Below, in pieces: positions 63,829 through 64,000 of a stretch of DNA of 64,000 nucleotides. The position numbers were made by a program, and so were the translations under genes. Source of the DNA: Octopus sinensis (lineage: Eukaryota); assembly GCF_006345805.1 (NCBI RefSeq), contig NC_043020.1:4216001-4280000 (forward strand), written 5' to 3'. Within the stretch, counting starts at the first letter, position 1, and every line of letters begins with the position of its first letter. The notes under the pieces are model-generated. The model ran no database searches. It was not told the origin of the DNA and saw only the letters and a list, made by a program, of their open reading frames with translations.

Positions 63829-64000
63829 GAGTCTTTCATCATTCTAAAAGCCCTCATCCTGTCACCATTATCCTGTCACAATAATCAACATGTTAGCAGT
63901 CTTATCTGAAATTTCACTTCAAATGTTTTTTTATGTCTAGAAATTGTTCTGTGTATATTTAGAAATCGTTTTCATACAAGTGGTCGGTTTTTTCTTTTCT

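Overview
Eukaryotic, AT-rich, microsatellite-dense DNA. The SINE families resemble octopus SINEs as I recall them, so the source is most likely Octopus (cephalopod). I found no convincing host protein-coding exon, rRNA, tRNA or CRISPR array; the window looks like a large intron or gene desert, and almost all ORFs in the track are microsatellite artefacts. Recognisable content: four tRNA-derived SINE families; LINE relics (HERO/R2-like, RTE, RTE-BovB, L1/Tx1); DNA transposon relics (Tc1/mariner DD41D, Tigger/pogo, probable hAT); and several MITEs. The most interesting observations: (1) two copies of a (TA)n-associated, Penelope-like repeat carry a minimal type I hammerhead-ribozyme fold with a shared non-canonical A6U core; (2) a young 999-bp RTE-type LINE has an 11-bp target-site duplication and a 5' inversion of twin-priming geometry; (3) several long fold-back palindromes occur, including a SINE hairpin whose arms share a private deletion; (4) there are candidate regulatory islands and a possible recursive splice site. 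All calls were made by eye without database searches; family names are provisional and many boundaries are approximate.
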